From Bugula neritina (Eukaryota > Animalia > Bryozoa), in the NCBI GenBank assembly GCA_964035545.1, contig OZ037766.1:1302001-1366000 (forward strand): a DNA stretch of 64,000 nucleotides. The letters run 5' to 3'. Shown piece by piece: positions 60,601 through 64,000 of the stretch. The position numbers were made by a program, and so were the translations under genes. Within the stretch, counting starts at the first letter, position 1; each line of letters starts with the position of its first letter. Under the pieces are notes generated by a model, which ran no database searches, had not been told where the DNA came from, and saw nothing but the letters and a program-made list of their open reading frames with translations.

Positions 60601-63600
60601 TGATGTAATATATTTACATTTGAATGACCTGTTTACCAACCTTGACCTTGTTTCTGGTTATTTCGTGTTGCCATCAACATGTAGAACGTGATGATTATCT
60701 ACAGGTAAACATCTACATGACGCATCAACAGAACTACGGGGCTGACAGACTGGCCATCTACACGTTCACTAAACTATTCAAACTGTTCCACGAAGCCACC
60801 ACTCTGGACATGAAAGGGGTGCCTCCGGAGCACCTGGCTGAGCTCTATTTCAGCAAATACCCCCAGGAGGTGGATCCAGTGTGGCTGAACCCCTGCGTAG
60901 ACAAAAGACACCGAGAGATCTGGAACCCTGGCAAGGAGTGTAGCGACTTCCCCTCCCTGCTTGTGGTTGGCCCACAAAAAACAGGTGTGTGGGAGGGTGT
61001 CAACAGGTGTCATAGGGTGGCAGAAGGTGTGTGGGAGGGTGTCATCAGGTGTGTGGGAAAGTGTCAACGGGTGTCAACAGGCGTGTGGGGAGATGTCAGC
61101 AGGTGTAGTAGGTTTGTTCATTCAGGAGTTCAAGCAAGGTAAATCCAGGAAGGGAAAACATTGCATGACATAACTTAATCAACTCCTGTGTTTATAAACA
61201 CAATGTATACAGGAAATAGTGATATATTTTCTATTGTAGCTAGGAAAGTTAATATAATATTTCTCTAATGTATTGTGATTGGCTGAAAGATAATTCTATA
61301 TTATTTCTCAGGGTTGTCTTACTTTCTATAAACATTCATTTATATTATATAACATATCATTCACTGTCTGCTACAATTAAACCCCATATAACCCTCTCTG
61401 TTACTCTCTTTCTATCCCCAGGGTCCACCGCCCTCTATACTTTCCTCAAACTACATCCCAACGTGTCGGCCAACCTGGACAGTCCTACCAGCTACGAAGA
61501 GCTCCAGTTCTTTGGCTCTCCTAACTATAACAAAGGAATTGATTGGTGAGTTGAAGTTGTAACACTGGTTTTGATTGGCCAGTTAAGATTTTCCTGGTTT
61601 GTTATTCAGACAATAAAGGACAATTTGTTGTTGAAATGGCAGACTATATATGCAGTGTCACATTAGTTACCAAATAACATAACAGTTGGTAATATAATGT
61701 ATATTACCTCATTATCAACTATCAGACACTAGGAATATATCAAAGGATAAGAGCTAAGTCTAAGCCATAATGGTAGTTATAATAATGAATGTAGCCTCAG
61801 AGGGGATGTTTCCTCACCCATAACTATCTTTATACATTCAAATTTCCAATAAACTATTCAACCTAGAACCTATTGAATTGTCCCAAACTGACTAAAAGAT
61901 GCAAATATACTGTCTATGATAATATAATTACAGCATATACTCACCACTAGCATATTATTACATAATTATAAGACAGGGTCCCACATTTTAGGTACAGAAG
62001 TTTCTTCCCATCTGGACGCCCCGTGAAGTTTGAAAAGTCGGCTACATATTTTGACAAGGAGGCTGTGCCCATGCAGGCAGGGTCGTTGCTGCCCCGTGCC
62101 AAGGTTATCATAATACTACTGGACCCCATCACTAGGGCTTTCTCCTGGTACCATGTGAGTTTTAGCTGGTATATATGTGGCACCATTCTATTGGCTGGTA
62201 TATATGTGGTAAATCTCTATTGGCTGGCTGTATGTATAGAGAGAATGGGATTTGGTGACAGTAAACTTTACCACCCAGAGATTTTTATCAGAAGCTGACT
62301 TATATACAAGCATGATATTTTAAGATATTTTAGGTAATTCAAATTATGAATATTTTGGTTACATTGGAAATCTAGTTTCTCATTACCAAATAGAAGAAAA
62401 GCAAGCTCAATGGTATTTGTATATAACTGAAGTTGTCTCTCCAGTAATTTAATAATAAATTAAATCTGTGGAAAACCTTTGCAGCAATATTATTACAATC
62501 ATATAATCTATGAGTTGAAGAGCATTTAAATCTCTATCGTTAAATTTGATTTTATTAGATTTTGGCTGTTATTATTTTAGTTAATGTTGAAGCCATAAAA
62601 TTCCTCTCTAACCTAGGGTACTGCCATTAGCTATTTTTGATTTTTTTCTCTTTTGAAAATATTTTCTGAACTTTCTTTAAATCCACAATATACAGCTCTG
62701 GGTCTTTGTGGCTGATGAGTTTGGAAAGGAAAGTAAACAACTCGTGTCCGCCATCTTTGCTCACTTGATTATGGTGGCACATATCTGTGGGTAGAGTTGA
62801 AGCTATGACTTATTTGGATTTGCCTTCTCCTTAACTTCAGAACTGTGTCATTTCTATCGTATCTAATGTTGGCTGATGCAAGATCCAATATATTATACTG
62901 TTTGATTAGTACGTATAGTTAGAAATGCACAAACAACCGAACTTCATTCTTCCCTCAAATTAAACTGTAGAAAGAAACTTACATCTTCTTTTTGCACTTC
63001 AGCACCAAAGAGCTCACAATGATCACACGGCGCTGAGTCACTCTTTCTATGATGTCATAACCAACACAGATAAACACAACCGGGAGGTGCAAAGCCTGAA
63101 AACTCACTTACTTAGACCTGGTTTCTACTACGAGCACATTCAGAGGTGGAGGCGGTACTACCCCGACTCGCAGGTTGGTTTCTTTTGTACAGTAGAAAAT
63201 CTTACTTTTAGTTGTTGTAGATAGACTCTGCTCTGTTTTCACTGCAGATAAACTCTGTTTTGCTGTAAATAAATCTATAGATAAAGATAAGCAATTGTAT
63301 ATTTCTGTTACAGATTAGCATTGCCTAACAGTGGCTTTAAATAACTTGTTTTAGATTTTCATTGCTTTTCTATTGCTGCAGTTAAAATCTACTACGGCTT
63401 CGATTATCTGCAGGTAAACTGATAGTTTTCTGCAGGTAAACTGATAGTTATCTGCAGGTAATCTCTGTTATTGTAGATAATGTATGTTGACGGAGAGAGG
63501 CTAACCTCTGACCCCGTGCAAGTCATGAACGACGTTCAGCTTTTCCTCAACACTGATGTACTTGTAGACTACAAACATATCCTCAGGTAGTTTCTCTATA

Positions 63601-63938
63601 CTATTCAGTTAGGGACAGGATAGGACATGTCACATGTCATGTCATTATGTGTCATACCTTGATGTCATACCTTGATGTTATGTAGTGATGTCTCTACTGT
63701 CTTATATAAACTTTTGTTTAGTTTTGAGGATGAGAAAGGATTCTACTGCATTAAAAGAAGTGTTGGTAGACCCAAGTGTTTGGGTGCTGGCAAGGGAAGA
63801 GTTCGTCAATATGGTCAGGTGGATGAGAAATCTCGTGCCTATTTACAGCAAGTATTTTATACCCCTAATCTCGCTCTCAAGCACCTGCTTGCACAAGTCG
63901 GATCTCCCATCCCTTCATGGCTAGCAGCCAACAGTTGA
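57693..63938 (+). CDS. NDST: Bifunctional heparan sulfate N-deacetylase/N-sulfotransferase (NDST/sulfateless), ~870 aa, 11 coding exons
   Basis: Exons 57693-58679, 58952-59081, 59462-59577, 59782-59967, 60216-60344, 60705-60984, 61422-61545, 61992-62154, 63003-63173, 63477-63586, 63722-63938 (2613 nt, phases consistent). Type II TM anchor; deacetylase motifs [41 protein letters not shown]; sulfotransferase 5'-[38 protein letters not shown]...CLGAGKGR. Confidence 0.95.
60981..61110. repeat. Degenerate (ACAGGTGTGTGGGAGGGTGTC)-like repeat starting at the NDST exon 6 donor
   Basis: About four degenerate copies of the exon/intron junction sequence. Confidence 0.7.
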
Positions 63939-64000
63939 CATTTGACATATATATACATTTCAATGAGTCACATTTTCTCCATAACTCTGTCTGCATAGTA

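Noticed and set aside
1-64000. tRNA, rRNA, snRNA or snoRNA genes
   Set aside because: No cloverleaf, rRNA or convincing box motifs were recognised by eye; tRNAscan-SE and Infernal/Rfam would be needed to exclude them.

Overview
AT-rich, intron-rich animal genomic DNA; the gene content and style suggest an invertebrate, probably a lophotrochozoan (inference). Six complete multi-exon genes were reconstructed by hand from GT-AG splice sites, with exon phases checked. They are an SDR16C-type retinol dehydrogenase-like gene (+), an SLC37A4/G6PT-like MFS exchanger (-), an SLC5A7/CHT1-like Na+:solute symporter (+), an SLC8/NCX Na+/Ca2+ exchanger (-), an FNBP4-like two-WW-domain protein (-) and a heparan sulfate N-deacetylase/N-sulfotransferase NDST (+). 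The last exon of a tandem SDR16C paralogue lies at the window start. Mobile DNA comprises a 5'-truncated, inactivated CR1/L2-type LINE with a TGATG ORF1/ORF2 overlap, two copies of a ~344-bp PIF/Harbinger-type MITE and smaller foldback relics. Many intronic minisatellites are present. No RNA genes or CRISPR arrays could be supported. The most unusual observations are: (1) the two MITE copies have their core flipped relative to their asymmetric terminal repeats; (2) a head-to-head pair of transporters both have rewired substrate-pocket residues; (3) a coding 24-bp repeat in the FNBP4-like gene is also an array of CTCF-like motifs; (4) two consecutive in-frame, stop-free introns occur in that same gene.
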